From Actinomycetota bacterium (lineage in GTDB: Bacteria > Actinomycetota > JAHEXW01): 64,000 nt of DNA. How positions within the stretch are numbered: position 1 is the first letter of the stretch; each line of letters begins with the position of its first letter. The stretch spans positions 646,217 through 710,216 of the forward strand of contig JBAZZW010000001.1 in assembly GCA_041658625.1 (NCBI GenBank). Direction: 5' to 3'. This document shows positions 27,718 to 37,366 of the stretch, piece by piece. Position numbers and translations under genes: made by a program. Below the pieces are notes generated by a model. It was not told the origin of the DNA and made no database searches. It saw nothing but the letters and a program-made list of their open reading frames with translations.

Positions 27718-29101
27718 TTCCGATGCAGAATTCGGCGAAGATCCGGTTTAGGACTTCGTCGTCGACGGAGGTTCCCGTTATTTCGCCGAGGGCCGCCAAG
27801 GCGTCTCGTATTTCCGCGGACGCGAATTCTTCCGACAATCCTTCGCGTATCTCAGAGACGGCGCGACGAACAGACGTGAGGGCTCGGCGCAGCGCGTCGG
27901 CATGCCTGGCGTTGGAAACAAGAATGTCGTCGGTTGACAACACTCGGCCCGAAAAGACGGCTTCGCCAAACGCGGCCTCCAGTCTTTCGACGCCCTCGCC
28001 CGTCGCGGCTGATACGCGGACGACAATCCGGCCGGGGGCGGACACAGACTTTGCGGTCGCTTCGACATGCTTGGCGGAAGCAAGGTCGTTTTTGTTTACC
28101 GCTACGATAGTAGGCTTCCCCGAAGTTCCCTTTAATATAGTGTGGTCCTCCGGAAGCGCGCCCTGCGAAGCGTCGACCACTACCAGAATAAGATCGGCGG
28201 CGGCCAATGATTTGTGAGACAGCGCGACCCCGATGGCTTCGACCTCATCCGTCTCGTCGCGAATGCCGGCGGTGTCCGCCACAACAAACGGCACGCCGTT
28301 TATGCTTACGGTTTCCTCAATAATATCCCGGGTAGTTCCGGGAACAGACGTGACGATTGCCCGGTCTCTTTTTAGAAGCGCGTTTAGAAGCGAAGACTTG
28401 CCGACGTTCGGCCGGCCGACAATCACTAAACGGACGCCGTTTCTCAATATCTCTCCGTCGTGCGCAGTAGCGATCAGCTTGGCGATTCTTTCCGCGCACT
28501 TTTCAGCGTCTTTCCGGAGCTTTCCGCGCAACGGCGGCTCGATGTCTTCGTCTGAAAAATCAACCGCCGCTTCCAGACAGGCCCTCGTGTCGAGGAGCGC
28601 CCGGCTTATGGACGTGACTGTTTCTGAGAGGCCGCCCTCGAGCTGGCGTACGGCCAATCTCGCCGCCTTATCCGTCCGGGCTCGGATCGTGTCTATGACC
28701 GCCTCGGCCTGAGCCAAATCGATGCGGCCGTTTATAAAGGCTCTCTTGGTAAACTCTCCCGGTTCTGCCAGACGGGCGCCGGCCTCAAGGACCGCTTCTA
28801 GCGCGCGTCTAAGCGGCGCCGGCCCGCCGTGACAATTAATCTCGACCACGTCTTCGCGCGTATAGCTCTTGGGCGCCTTCATCACCGAGGCGAGGGCCTC
28901 ATCAATTTCTTCGCCGGCGCGATCAATGATCCTGCCGTATGACATCTTGTAGCCAACCCTGTCCCGCAGGCGCTTTCCGTCCGTAGACAACCAGACGCTA
29001 TCCGCGATGGCGATGGCCTTCGGGCCACTCAAGCGGACAATGCCGATGCCGGCTTCGCCCTGCGCTGTCGCTATGGCGGCAATAGTATCGCTTACCTTCA
29101 T
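27713..29101 (-). CDS. mnmE: tRNA modification GTPase MnmE (TrmE)
   Basis: G domain GRPNVGKSSLLN, C-terminal CIGK motif. Confidence 0.95.
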   Translation of the reverse strand: MKVSDTIAAIATAQGEAGIGIVRLSGPKAIAIADSVWLSTDGKRLRDRVGYKMSYGRIIDRAGEEIDEALASVMKAPKSYTREDVVEINCHGGPAPLRRALEAVLEAGARLAEPGEFTKRAFINGRIDLAQAEAVIDTIRARTDKAARLAVRQLEGGLSETVTSISRALLDTRACLEAAVDFSDEDIEPPLRGKLRKDAEKCAERIAKLIATAHDGEILRNGVRLVIVGRPNVGKSSLLNALLKRDRAIVTSVPGTTRDIIEETVSINGVPFVVADTAGIRDETDEVEAIGVALSHKSLAAADLILVVVDASQGALPEDHTILKGTSGKPTIVAVNKNDLASAKHVEATAKSVSAPGRIVVRVSAATGEGVERLEAAFGEAVFSGRVLSTDDILVSNARHADALRRALTSVRRAVSEIREGLSEEFASAEIRDALAALGEITGTSVDDEVLNRIFAEFCIGK

Positions 29102-29208
29102 GCCTTGATTATAGTCTAATGGGGTTGGTTCGTGAAATGTCTGATTGTGGTATTTCGCGCCTTTGGTTTAATTTCACGTAATGGGGGCCCGAGCAGCTAA
29201 AAAGGGCG

Positions 29209-29222
29209 TTTCACGTGAAACA
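29209..29222. promoter_or_regulatory. 14-bp palindrome GTTTCACGTGAAAC (plus half-sites TTCGTGAAAT at 29131 and ATTTCACGT at 29172) between jag stop and mnmE start
   Basis: Same core as 26721 palindrome; on minus strand followed by CCCTTTTT (may also act as jag terminator). Confidence 0.45.
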
Positions 29223-29225
29223 GTT

Positions 29226-29690
29226 TTAAGCGGTGTTTTTGTCGCTTGGGGAAATGATGATAAACCGGTACGGCTCCTCGCCGCAGCTTGTTGTTTTAAT
29301 GTCCTCGCGTTCTGCCAGCGCGCAGTGCACGATCCGCCGCTCGTACGAATTCATCGGCTCCAGGGATATCTCTCTGTCTTCATCTAGGGCCTGCTCGGCG
29401 GTCTTAAGCGCGCACTTCTCGAGGCCGGCAAGCCGTTTCTCACGATATCCGGCGGCGTCTATAACGACCCTGTGCCACTCCTCCGTGTTGTGATTAACGG
29501 CTACGTTGAGCAGGCACTGCAGGGCGTTTAGCGTCTTTCCTCGCCCCCCTATCAAAACACTAAGATCTTCCCCCTCGATGTCTGCCCGCAGGGCGTCCTC
29601 GTCCTCGCTCACAGTCACGTCGGCCGATATGTCCATCAGCTCTAGCGTTTTGTTCAAAAGCTCCTGAAGCGTATCAGTTTTTCTTGCCAC
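29226..29690 (-). CDS. jag: RNA-binding protein Jag/KhpB (KH + R3H domains)
   Basis: Conserved position downstream of yidC; R3H-like C-terminus. Confidence 0.8.
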   Translation of the reverse strand: MARKTDTLQELLNKTLELMDISADVTVSEDEDALRADIEGEDLSVLIGGRGKTLNALQCLLNVAVNHNTEEWHRVVIDAAGYREKRLAGLEKCALKTAEQALDEDREISLEPMNSYERRIVHCALAEREDIKTTSCGEEPYRFIIISPSDKNTA

Positions 29691-30432
29691 GGCCAGCCTT
29701 CTTCTGTTTAGGTTTGGGCTTGTTCTTCGGCGGCGAGATCCCCTTGTCCGAAGTCGCGCCCGCCGTTTGGCCCACCGGCCTTGGGCGAGTGTCCAGATAC
29801 TTGTTGTCTATCCACTGCTGCAGAATCATGGCGGCGTTGAACACCGTCCAGTAAATCAGGACTCCGGCAGGCAGGCTAAAGGAGATGACGCCGATGATGA
29901 CCGGCATAAAGGCCATCATTTTGGCCTGCGAGGGATCGGTCATGGTTTGTTTCTGAGACAAGAATTGCGTCCCGACGATCAGGATGACCAGCACGTAGTA
30001 GGGCCAGGCCTGGGCTACATCGCTGCCAAAATTGCTGGCCGCCTTGCTCAGGTCAACTATCGGGCCGAAGCCCTGGCCCTTAAACAGCGGCTGCCGGAGA
30101 AGCGTAAAGAGAGCGAAAAAGATGGGCATCTGCAAAAGAATCGGCAGACATCCCCCGAACGGGCTCACTTTGTGTTCCTTGTACAGGGCCATTTGGGCCT
30201 GCGCGAGTTTCTCCCGGTCGCCCTTATGCTTCTCCTGCAGCTCCTTGAGCAGCGGCTGAACCCTTTGGACGTCCTTCATGGCCCGCGTCTGCTTAAAGGT
30301 CAAGGGGATTAATACGATGCGCACCGTTAACGTCAGCAGGATTATCGACCAGCCCCAGCTATTGACGTAACCATAGAAGAAGTCGAGAACGAGGTGGAGC
30401 ACATCGACAATGGGCTGCAGTATTTGTGTCAT
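29674..30432 (-). CDS. yidC: Membrane protein insertase YidC (short form)
   Basis: YidC/Oxa1 core TM pattern, Lys-rich C-terminal tail. Confidence 0.85.
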   Translation of the reverse strand: MTQILQPIVDVLHLVLDFFYGYVNSWGWSIILLTLTVRIVLIPLTFKQTRAMKDVQRVQPLLKELQEKHKGDREKLAQAQMALYKEHKVSPFGGCLPILLQMPIFFALFTLLRQPLFKGQGFGPIVDLSKAASNFGSDVAQAWPYYVLVILIVGTQFLSQKQTMTDPSQAKMMAFMPVIIGVISFSLPAGVLIYWTVFNAAMILQQWIDNKYLDTRPRPVGQTAGATSDKGISPPKNKPKPKQKKAGRGKKN

Positions 30433-30657
30433 CTAGCTTGTCCGCCTTTGCTTGACCGGATCGTAACCGCTCTGTCCCCAAGGATTGCAGCGGGTGATCC
30501 TCTTAGCCGCCAGCCAGCCTCCGCGCCAGGCCCCGTACTTCCTAATGGCCTCCGCCGCATAATTTGAGCAAGACGGCGTAAACCTGCAGGACGGGCGCAG
30601 CATCTTTCCCAAAGTCAGCTGATACGTCTTGATTAGCGCCAAGAGAACCGTTCTCAT
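30433..30657 (-). CDS. yidD: Membrane protein insertion efficiency factor YidD
   Basis: YQLTLGKML...CRFTPSCSNYAAEAI signature. Confidence 0.85.
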   Translation of the reverse strand: MRTVLLALIKTYQLTLGKMLRPSCRFTPSCSNYAAEAIRKYGAWRGGWLAAKRITRCNPWGQSGYDPVKQRRTS

Positions 30658-31007
30658 GATCCGGTCTCCTTGATTATAAGTTCGGCGGCCTCGTCCAGGA
30701 GCGCCGCTAGTTCACTTACCAATATTTGGTAATTTGCTTTTGCCGCCGGCGCCCTCGCGATGATTACGACATCGGCGCCGGCTATCTTTCGGCCGGCCCT
30801 GGCAGCGAACGCCTCACTCAGCCTTCGCCGAGTCCTGTTTCTGACCACGGCCGCGCCTACCTTGCGGCTGACCGACAGGCCCAAGCGGCCGCTGCCCTGT
30901 TCCGGCAAAACATAAATGACCAAATGCCGCCCGGCAACAGATAAGCCTCGGCCATAGACCCGTTTAAAGTCGGATGAAGAACGAAGGCGTGCTGTCCTGG
31001 GCAGCAT
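30654..31007 (-). CDS. rnpA: Ribonuclease P protein component
   Basis: Conserved rpmH-rnpA-yidD-yidC order; basic protein with RNase P protein motif region. Confidence 0.85.
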   Translation of the reverse strand: MLPRTARLRSSSDFKRVYGRGLSVAGRHLVIYVLPEQGSGRLGLSVSRKVGAAVVRNRTRRRLSEAFAARAGRKIAGADVVIIARAPAAKANYQILVSELAALLDEAAELIIKETGS

Positions 31008-31022
31008 AATAACCCGCGAGGG

Positions 31023-31157
31023 CTATACTGAAAGTCTCTCGCGCTGCTTCCTGCGACGGCCCCTGATCACGTCACGGCCGCCGGCTGTGCTCATTCTTTT
31101 CCGAAAGCCGTGCGTTCTGGCGCGCGGCTTTGTTTTCGGTTGATATGTTCTTTTCAT
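31023..31157 (-). CDS. rpmH: 50S ribosomal protein L34
   Basis: [44 protein letters not shown], 44 aa (ORF track entry has spurious N-terminal extension). Confidence 0.95.
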   Translation of the reverse strand: MKRTYQPKTKPRARTHGFRKRMSTAGGRDVIRGRRRKQRERLSV

Positions 31158-31330
31158 AGCATAGGTATTATACGGGGCGGGGTTGTGGGTGTCAATTTGG
31201 CGATATATAATGATTTTCCGCCCGTTCATTTAAGGGCCTTCCCGGCGCGAACACCTGTTCTGCTTTCGCCGGCGGCTGAACGGGCCGGCGGAAGGGCAGA
31301 GGCCGGTTTTTCAAGCCACCAGCAGGTTTA

Positions 31331-31499
31331 GGTGGACTACCCGGAAGAAGCGCCGAGAGTTTTCCACCGCTGTGGAAAGTCCTGTGGACAAGAGGACGAT
31401 TTGCCAGGCGGGAAGATGCCACCAAGCGGATTTTCGGAGCTATCGACGACTTGCCGGACGACGTTCTCCGACTAACTTTATTAACAGGCTGTGGAATAT
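31331..31499. promoter_or_regulatory. Cluster of DnaA-box-like 9-mers (oriC part 1) upstream of dnaA, including palindromic pair TTTTCCACC-GC-TGTGGAAAG and TGTGGACAA, TGTGGAATA
   Basis: Four or more 9-mers within 1-2 mismatches of TTATCCACA/TGTGGATAA between rpmH and dnaA. Confidence 0.55.
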
Positions 31500-31590
31500 C
31501 TGTGTTCCGGGAGGGCGTTTGCGAAATCCGCTCACGGGCCGGATGAAAGATGCCGGTCCGCCAGAAAACAAAGAAGAAAACGCCGGCCCG

Positions 31591-32310
31591 ATGGTCCGTG
31601 TCGCTGTTTATGACAACCTTTCCTCTTTGCCTCGCGTGGTCGAGTTAACGGGCCGCGACTGCCGTGAATTTGTCGACCTCATGGCCAACAAGACCTACGA
31701 GCTCTCTCAGGCCAAAGGGGGGCGGATCCCGTTTACGGTCATCCGCGAAGTCGTTGAGAACCTGGTTCATGCTTACTTCGAGGAGGCCGTTGTGACGATT
31801 CTCAACGACGGCAACACCATAAAGGTTTCCGACCAGGGGCCAGGCATCCGAGACAAAGAGGCCGCTTTCTCTCCCGGCTTCAGCACGGCGACGCGAGAGA
31901 TGAAGGGCGTCATCCGCGGGGTGGGCTCCGGCTTGCCCGTTGCCAGGGAAATGATTGAGGTCGCCGGCGGTAAAATTACGGTTGAGGACAATTTAAGCCG
32001 CGGCGCCGTCGTCACCCTGTCGTTGGGGCCCATGCCGGCCGAGCCCGAGCGGGCGCCGAAGCCCATTGTCGAGGAGAAAGAGGTTCCGGAGGCGGCGCTT
32101 ACCGACCGCCAGAAGCGCGTGCTTTTCCTGGTCACCGAGCTCGGCGCGCTGGGCCCGTCAAGAATCGCGAACGAGCTGGGGATATCTTTGAGCAGCGCTC
32201 ACCGGGACCTGGTTTTCCTGGAGGGGCTGGGCCTGATAGAAATGACCGCCCACGGCAAGCGCGCGTTAAGCGCCCTTGGCGTAGATTATTTAGAACACAT
32301 GGAGGGATAG
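31591..32310 (+). CDS. GHKL-type ATPase (HATPase_c-like, anti-sigma-factor-like) fused to C-terminal HTH domain
   Basis: N-box IREVVENLVHAY and G1-box VSDQGPGI; C-terminal HTH-like segment; ORF track start 31372 runs through DnaA-box cluster so internal ATG 31591 preferred. Confidence 0.55.
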   Translation: MVRVAVYDNLSSLPRVVELTGRDCREFVDLMANKTYELSQAKGGRIPFTVIREVVENLVHAYFEEAVVTILNDGNTIKVSDQGPGIRDKEAAFSPGFSTATREMKGVIRGVGSGLPVAREMIEVAGGKITVEDNLSRGAVVTLSLGPMPAEPERAPKPIVEEKEVPEAALTDRQKRVLFLVTELGALGPSRIANELGISLSSAHRDLVFLEGLGLIEMTAHGKRALSALGVDYLEHMEG

Positions 32311-32314
32311 GGTT

Positions 32315-33730
32315 TTGGCGACCGAGCTCGACGCTGTTTGGGAAAAATCTCTTGACCGTATCAAGTCGCGGCTTCCCGCCGTGGCTTTTAATACCTGGTT
32401 CAAAAACACCGTGCCCGTGGCCATCCACGAAGGCAGTTTTGTTATCTCCACCCCCAATAAGTTCACTAAGGAGTGGATCGAGGCTCGCCACCTCGGCTTG
32501 ATCAAGAACGTTCTTCAAGAGACAATGGGGGCGGATGGGGCGGATCTTGATGTTAGGGTTACGGTCCGCCGCGACCAACCCGCCGCCGGAGGCCAATCCT
32601 CGCAGGTCGGGCAGTCGGCAGCCGCTCGGGCGGATGACGGCTCAGGCGGACAGCCCGTGGCGGTGGCCGAGCGGCGCGCCGCGCCCCGAGTCGGCCCCTC
32701 CGGCCAGTTCAACCCGCGCTATGTTTTTGACACCTTCGTGGTCGGGGACTCCAACCGGTTTGCTCACGCCGCCTCTATCGCCGTGGCCGAGAAGCCGGCC
32801 GTGGCCTATAATCCCCTCTTCGTATACGGCGGCTCCGGGCTTGGTAAGACGCACCTCCTTCACGCCATCGGCGTTTACGGCAGCTCGCTCTTCCCGGACA
32901 TGAGCGTGCGCTATGTTACCGGCGAGACTTTTACCAACGAGCTTATCCAGTCGATCATGAACAAAACGCCGCTGCCCTTCCGTAAGAAATATCGCGACGT
33001 CGACCTGCTCTTAATCGATGACATTCAATTCATCATAGGAAAAGAAGGAACCCAAGAGGAGTTCTTCCACACTTTTAATACCCTTTATGAGGCGCACAAA
33101 CAGATCGTTGTCTCTAGCGACCGCCCGCCAAAAGAAATGCCCACCCTGGAGGAGCGGCTACGCAGCCGGTTTGAGTGGGGCCTTATCGTCGACATCCAGC
33201 CGCCGAACCTTGAAACGAGGATCGCTATTTTACACAAAAAGGCCGTTATGTCGGGCGTCGACGTGAGCGACGAGGTGCTTCGCTTTATCGCGGGGAAAAG
33301 ACAACTTAACGTAAGGGAGCTTGAGGGAACACTGACCCGCGTTGCCGCCTTCGCGGATCTAACCAACAGCGAGGTGGACGTGGCGCTGGCCAAAGATATC
33401 CTTAAGGATATTCTCCCCGAGGCCAGACCTCGCAAGATTTCCATCAGGATGATTATAAACGAAACCTCGAAGTACTTTGGGGTGTCCGCGGCCGACATTA
33501 CTGGCTGCAGCCGCTTACGTCAGATTGTTTATCCTCGTCAGGTGGCCATGTATTTAACCAGAGAGCTAACCGACCATTCGCTGCCAAAGATTGGCGAGGA
33601 TTTCGGCGGGCGTGACCACACAACGGTTATGCACTCTATTAATAAGGTCGGCGCGGCCGTTAAGAAAAGCCCTGAAACAAAAGCGCAGGTACAGGAATTA
33701 AATAACAGAATTCAACAGAAGGATTCTTAA
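32315..33730 (+). CDS. dnaA: Chromosomal replication initiator DnaA
   Basis: AAA+ Walker A GGSGLGKTHLLHAIG, domain IV DNA-binding motif; TTG start after GGAGGGA RBS. Confidence 0.95.
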   Translation: MATELDAVWEKSLDRIKSRLPAVAFNTWFKNTVPVAIHEGSFVISTPNKFTKEWIEARHLGLIKNVLQETMGADGADLDVRVTVRRDQPAAGGQSSQVGQSAAARADDGSGGQPVAVAERRAAPRVGPSGQFNPRYVFDTFVVGDSNRFAHAASIAVAEKPAVAYNPLFVYGGSGLGKTHLLHAIGVYGSSLFPDMSVRYVTGETFTNELIQSIMNKTPLPFRKKYRDVDLLLIDDIQFIIGKEGTQEEFFHTFNTLYEAHKQIVVSSDRPPKEMPTLEERLRSRFEWGLIVDIQPPNLETRIAILHKKAVMSGVDVSDEVLRFIAGKRQLNVRELEGTLTRVAAFADLTNSEVDVALAKDILKDILPEARPRKISIRMIINETSKYFGVSAADITGCSRLRQIVYPRQVAMYLTRELTDHSLPKIGEDFGGRDHTTVMHSINKVGAAVKKSPETKAQVQELNNRIQQKDS

Positions 33731-33929
33731 TAAAGGCCGTTTTATTTCTTCTTTGTTTTTTTGTGGAGAAAAAAGACAAATTGTCAACATCTTTTACATA
33801 GGCGCTTTTCATTGTAGACTTAGTGGTTGTTGGGGTTGTTAACATTTCAACAGGACCTACTATTACTACTAATTATTTATATAGTTAGCAGAAAAGTACT
33901 TTCTCTGTGATAAAACAAGGAGAGATTTT
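33731..33929. other. AT-rich dnaA-dnaN intergenic region: probable DNA unwinding element / oriC part 2
   Basis: About 200 nt far below window GC, contains DnaA-box-like TGTGGAGAA and TGTGATAAA. Confidence 0.55.
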
Positions 33930-35036
33930 ATGAAACTTCACTGTGACCGGGAGAAACTTTTAGAAGCCATGCAAACATGCCAACGCGCTATCTCGGGAAA
34001 AAGTATGCTCCCGATTCTAAGCGGCATTCTTTTTAAAACGGAAAACAACAGTCTTGTGTTAAGCGCGACGGATCTTGAAATCAGCATAAGAACAGAAGTC
34101 GAGGTTGAAGCGAAGGAACAAGGCAACATGGTTATCCCGGCCAGGCTGGTAATGGACATCTTAAATAGCCTGGAGAATGAAAAAGTAGAATTTGTGTCAA
34201 CCGGAGAGACGGGGCCGATGGAAATCATGGCCGGAGACAGTAAATTTTCTTTAAGCATTCAACAGGAAGAAGATTTTCCGAAGATTCCTGAAGCCGGAGA
34301 AAAACCATCCTGTGAGATAGCGGGAGCAGAATTTACCAGGGCAACCAGAGAGGTTGTAAAAGCAGCGTCAAGAGACGAGAGCAAACCGGTTCTGACCGGC
34401 GTTCTTGTTGAGATAACCAAAGACATGCTGAAAATGGTGGCAACAGACAGCTATCGCCTGGCGGTCTACGAAACAAAGATAAGCGACGGACCAACAGACA
34501 CGATAAACATCATTGTGCCGGCTCGCAGCCTACGGGAGTTAAACAGGATTCTGTCAGCGGCGGAAAGCAAGCGCGTGTCGGTGAGCCTGACGGAAAATCA
34601 GGTTATTTTTAAAGCCGGCAGCGTGGAGATGATTTCACGGCTGATAGACGGGGAGTTTCCCAACCACAAACAGATCATTCCCGAAGGATATGAGAAAATA
34701 ATCAAGATGGATAAGAATAAAGCGCTAGGGAGCATAAAGCGAGTCGCCATCCTGGCCCAAAACAACGCGCCCATTAAGATGACGGCCACCAATAACACGA
34801 TAGTGGTTTCCGCCAGCACCCAAGACGTCGGCGAAGCGATAGAAAGATTCGAGGCGGAATATTCGGGAGAAGAGGTAAAAATCGCCTTCAACCCGGACTA
34901 TCTGCTGGACGGCATATCCAGCGTAGAAGAAGACGCCTTTGCCCTGGAAATAACAGACCCCCTAAAGCCAGCCATGATTAAGCCAGTCGAGGACAAGACC
35001 TTTCAGTACCTTATTATGCCGGTGCGCCTGACCTAA
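33930..35036 (+). CDS. dnaN: DNA polymerase III beta sliding clamp
   Basis: 368 aa, conserved position after dnaA. Confidence 0.9.
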   Translation: MKLHCDREKLLEAMQTCQRAISGKSMLPILSGILFKTENNSLVLSATDLEISIRTEVEVEAKEQGNMVIPARLVMDILNSLENEKVEFVSTGETGPMEIMAGDSKFSLSIQQEEDFPKIPEAGEKPSCEIAGAEFTRATREVVKAASRDESKPVLTGVLVEITKDMLKMVATDSYRLAVYETKISDGPTDTINIIVPARSLRELNRILSAAESKRVSVSLTENQVIFKAGSVEMISRLIDGEFPNHKQIIPEGYEKIIKMDKNKALGSIKRVAILAQNNAPIKMTATNNTIVVSASTQDVGEAIERFEAEYSGEEVKIAFNPDYLLDGISSVEEDAFALEITDPLKPAMIKPVEDKTFQYLIMPVRLT

Positions 35037-35041
35037 TCGTT

Positions 35042-35833
35042 GTGAACTTCTGGCAAAGCGCAATCCTCGGATTAATACAAGGGCTGACCGAGTTTCTCCC
35101 CGTCAGCAGCTCCGCCCACCTGGTCATTGCGCCGCACGTGTTGGGCTGGGCCCAACCTTCGGTTTTTTTCGACGTTGTGCTACACGCGGGGACACTTTTG
35201 GCCGCGATTTTATATTTCCGCCGCGATCTCGCCCCCATGATTACCAAACAATCTCGAACACTCCGCGACAAAGACGGCCGCATAAACACGCTTTGGCTCT
35301 TACTGCTGGCAACCATCCCGGCCGCCGGACTGGGATTTATTTTTAAGAGCGGCCTTGAAAGCTATTTTGACAATCCGGCCGCGGCGGCCACCCTTCTTAT
35401 CGTTACGGGATTTATCATGACGGCGGCGGACCTCTTGGGCAGACAAAAGAAAAAGATGGAAGAGACGTCGCCGGCCGCCGCTTTACTAATAGGCGCTTTT
35501 CAGGCGCTGGCGATCCTGCCGGGCATTTCGCGCTCCGGAGCGACCATCTCGGCCGGAATGTTTGCCGGCCTGAAGAGAGAGGACGCCACCAGGTTCGCGT
35601 TCCTGCTTTCTGTTCCCATAATTGCCGGGACGGCTATTTATAAGACCAAAGACGTTATTGAGGCCGGCGGGGCCGCGGCGCAGCTCCTGGCCAGTCTGCC
35701 AGGCGCCCTGGTGGCAGCAACCGCGGGCTACTTGGCGATCCGCTTTATGTTGAAATATTTGGCGGGCCACCGGCTGACCGTTTTCGCCGTATATTGCTGG
35801 GCGGCCGGTGGCCTGTTTCTGTTGACACGCTAA
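35042..35833 (+). CDS. uppP: Undecaprenyl-diphosphatase UppP (BacA)
   Basis: LGLIQGLTEFLPVSSSAHL and SRSGATISAGM motifs; GTG start. Confidence 0.85.
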   Translation: MNFWQSAILGLIQGLTEFLPVSSSAHLVIAPHVLGWAQPSVFFDVVLHAGTLLAAILYFRRDLAPMITKQSRTLRDKDGRINTLWLLLLATIPAAGLGFIFKSGLESYFDNPAAAATLLIVTGFIMTAADLLGRQKKKMEETSPAAALLIGAFQALAILPGISRSGATISAGMFAGLKREDATRFAFLLSVPIIAGTAIYKTKDVIEAGGAAAQLLASLPGALVAATAGYLAIRFMLKYLAGHRLTVFAVYCWAAGGLFLLTR

Positions 35834-36099
35834 AGACGCCACGCCTATACTGGCATAAGACAAATAAATACCTCGTTAGGTGAGGCTCCAGCACAAGAAT
35901 AAGCCATTGCCCAGAAACGTCCAAAGACGCCAACGGGTACACCAGATATTACCGGCTTAAGGTTTTATCTAAGATGGCTGTCCAGGCAACAACGAAGGAC
36001 TACGGTGTGCTGTGCCAAAGCTCTACGAGAGGGGAAGCGCATCAGACAGATAAAGATACGGTAGATACACGCGGGCCTTCCCCCAAAGGGGAGGCTTTT

Positions 36100-37344
36100 A
36101 TGTTTTACGCCAGCAAACTGCAAAAAAATACCGCCATCGACCCGCTGGGCACGCACTCCGGCAGCCTGGTCGACCTGGTCGTCTCCCTCAAAGACAAATA
36201 CCCGCCCGTAACGGGCATCGTTCTAAAGACGTCCAAGCGCGGGGAGGTTGTCATACCGTGGGAAGCGCTGCGAGGCTTCGAGGAATCACGCGTTCTGCTG
36301 GCCGGCAAGCTCTCCGACATAAAGTCCCGGGCGATTAAGAAAGACGAAATACGCCTCATCAGAGATGTTCTGGACAAACAAATCGTCGACACGGAAGGAC
36401 GCAAGGTAATCCGCGTGCAAGACATCCAGCTGGCGCGCGTGGACCGCAAAGTAAGAGTCATAGCCGTTGACGTTAGCGGCCGGGCGATTCTGCGGCGTCT
36501 GGGCGTCGGGCGAATCAGCGACATGGTGCCGTCCCGCATCGCCCCCGGACACAACTATATCGACTGGGCCAACGTCGACCTGATCGGGAGCGGCGTGGAC
36601 GCCGTGAAGCTAAAGGTCGCCCACGATAAATTGTCCCTGCTTCACCCCGCGGACATCGCCGATATCGTCAACGAGCTGTCGCCGGACGATCGGGTCGCCC
36701 TCTTGGAGTCGCTGGCCAAAGAGGTCGCCGCCGACACGGTCGAGGAAATGACGCCGGAGCACCAGGCCGGGGCTTTGACCGATATGGCGCCGCGGAAGGC
36801 CGCCGAAATCCTCAAGGAAATGGAGCCGGACGACGCCGCCGACCTGCTGGCCGACCTCCCGGACGAAAAAGCGGCCGAGCTTTTGAGCATCATAAAAAAA
36901 GAAGAGGCGGACGAGCTGCGTGAACTATTAAGCCACGCCGAAGACTCGGCCGGCGGCATCATGACGACGGAATTCATCGCCCTTCCGGAGAAGCTCACAA
37001 TACAGCAGGCCATCGAGCACATGCGGAAAATGGAGCCGGACGCGGAGACGATTTATTACGCGTACGTCGTGGACAAAGACGAAAAGCTAAAGGGCGTGCT
37101 CAGCTTAAGGAAAATGATTGTCAGCAAGCCGGACATGAAAATCAAGGACCTAATGGAGGCCAACCCTGTGGCCGTAAATGTTAAAGACGACCAGAAGGAA
37201 GCGGCCAAGGTAATCGCCAAGTATAACCTGCTGGCCGTGCCGGTCGTCGACGACGAAGGCCGCCTGGAGGGGATTGTGACCGTGGACGACGCCATCGACG
37301 TGGTCATCCCGACCGCCTGGAAGAAAAGGTTCTCGCACATCTGA
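36100..37344 (+). CDS. PRC-barrel + MgtE_N + CBS-pair protein lacking the MgtE transmembrane domain
   Basis: MgtE N-domain acidic helices, tandem CBS; ends before any TM; ATG 36100 preceded by AAGGGGAGG. Confidence 0.7.
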   Translation: MFYASKLQKNTAIDPLGTHSGSLVDLVVSLKDKYPPVTGIVLKTSKRGEVVIPWEALRGFEESRVLLAGKLSDIKSRAIKKDEIRLIRDVLDKQIVDTEGRKVIRVQDIQLARVDRKVRVIAVDVSGRAILRRLGVGRISDMVPSRIAPGHNYIDWANVDLIGSGVDAVKLKVAHDKLSLLHPADIADIVNELSPDDRVALLESLAKEVAADTVEEMTPEHQAGALTDMAPRKAAEILKEMEPDDAADLLADLPDEKAAELLSIIKKEEADELRELLSHAEDSAGGIMTTEFIALPEKLTIQQAIEHMRKMEPDAETIYYAYVVDKDEKLKGVLSLRKMIVSKPDMKIKDLMEANPVAVNVKDDQKEAAKVIAKYNLLAVPVVDDEGRLEGIVTVDDAIDVVIPTAWKKRFSHI

Positions 37345-37366
37345 TGGACAAAGAAGGGCCCGGCCG

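Noticed and set aside
27112-28217. ORFs 27112..27492 and 27576..28217 (MFPLHHARELAGKVSGVSVP...) spanning R2 repeats
   Set aside because: Their similarity is due to the nucleotide repeat. They lack RBS, run antisense into mnmE, and the composition is non-protein-like. A 60-codon ORF at 27325 with AGGAGG was noted but has no support.
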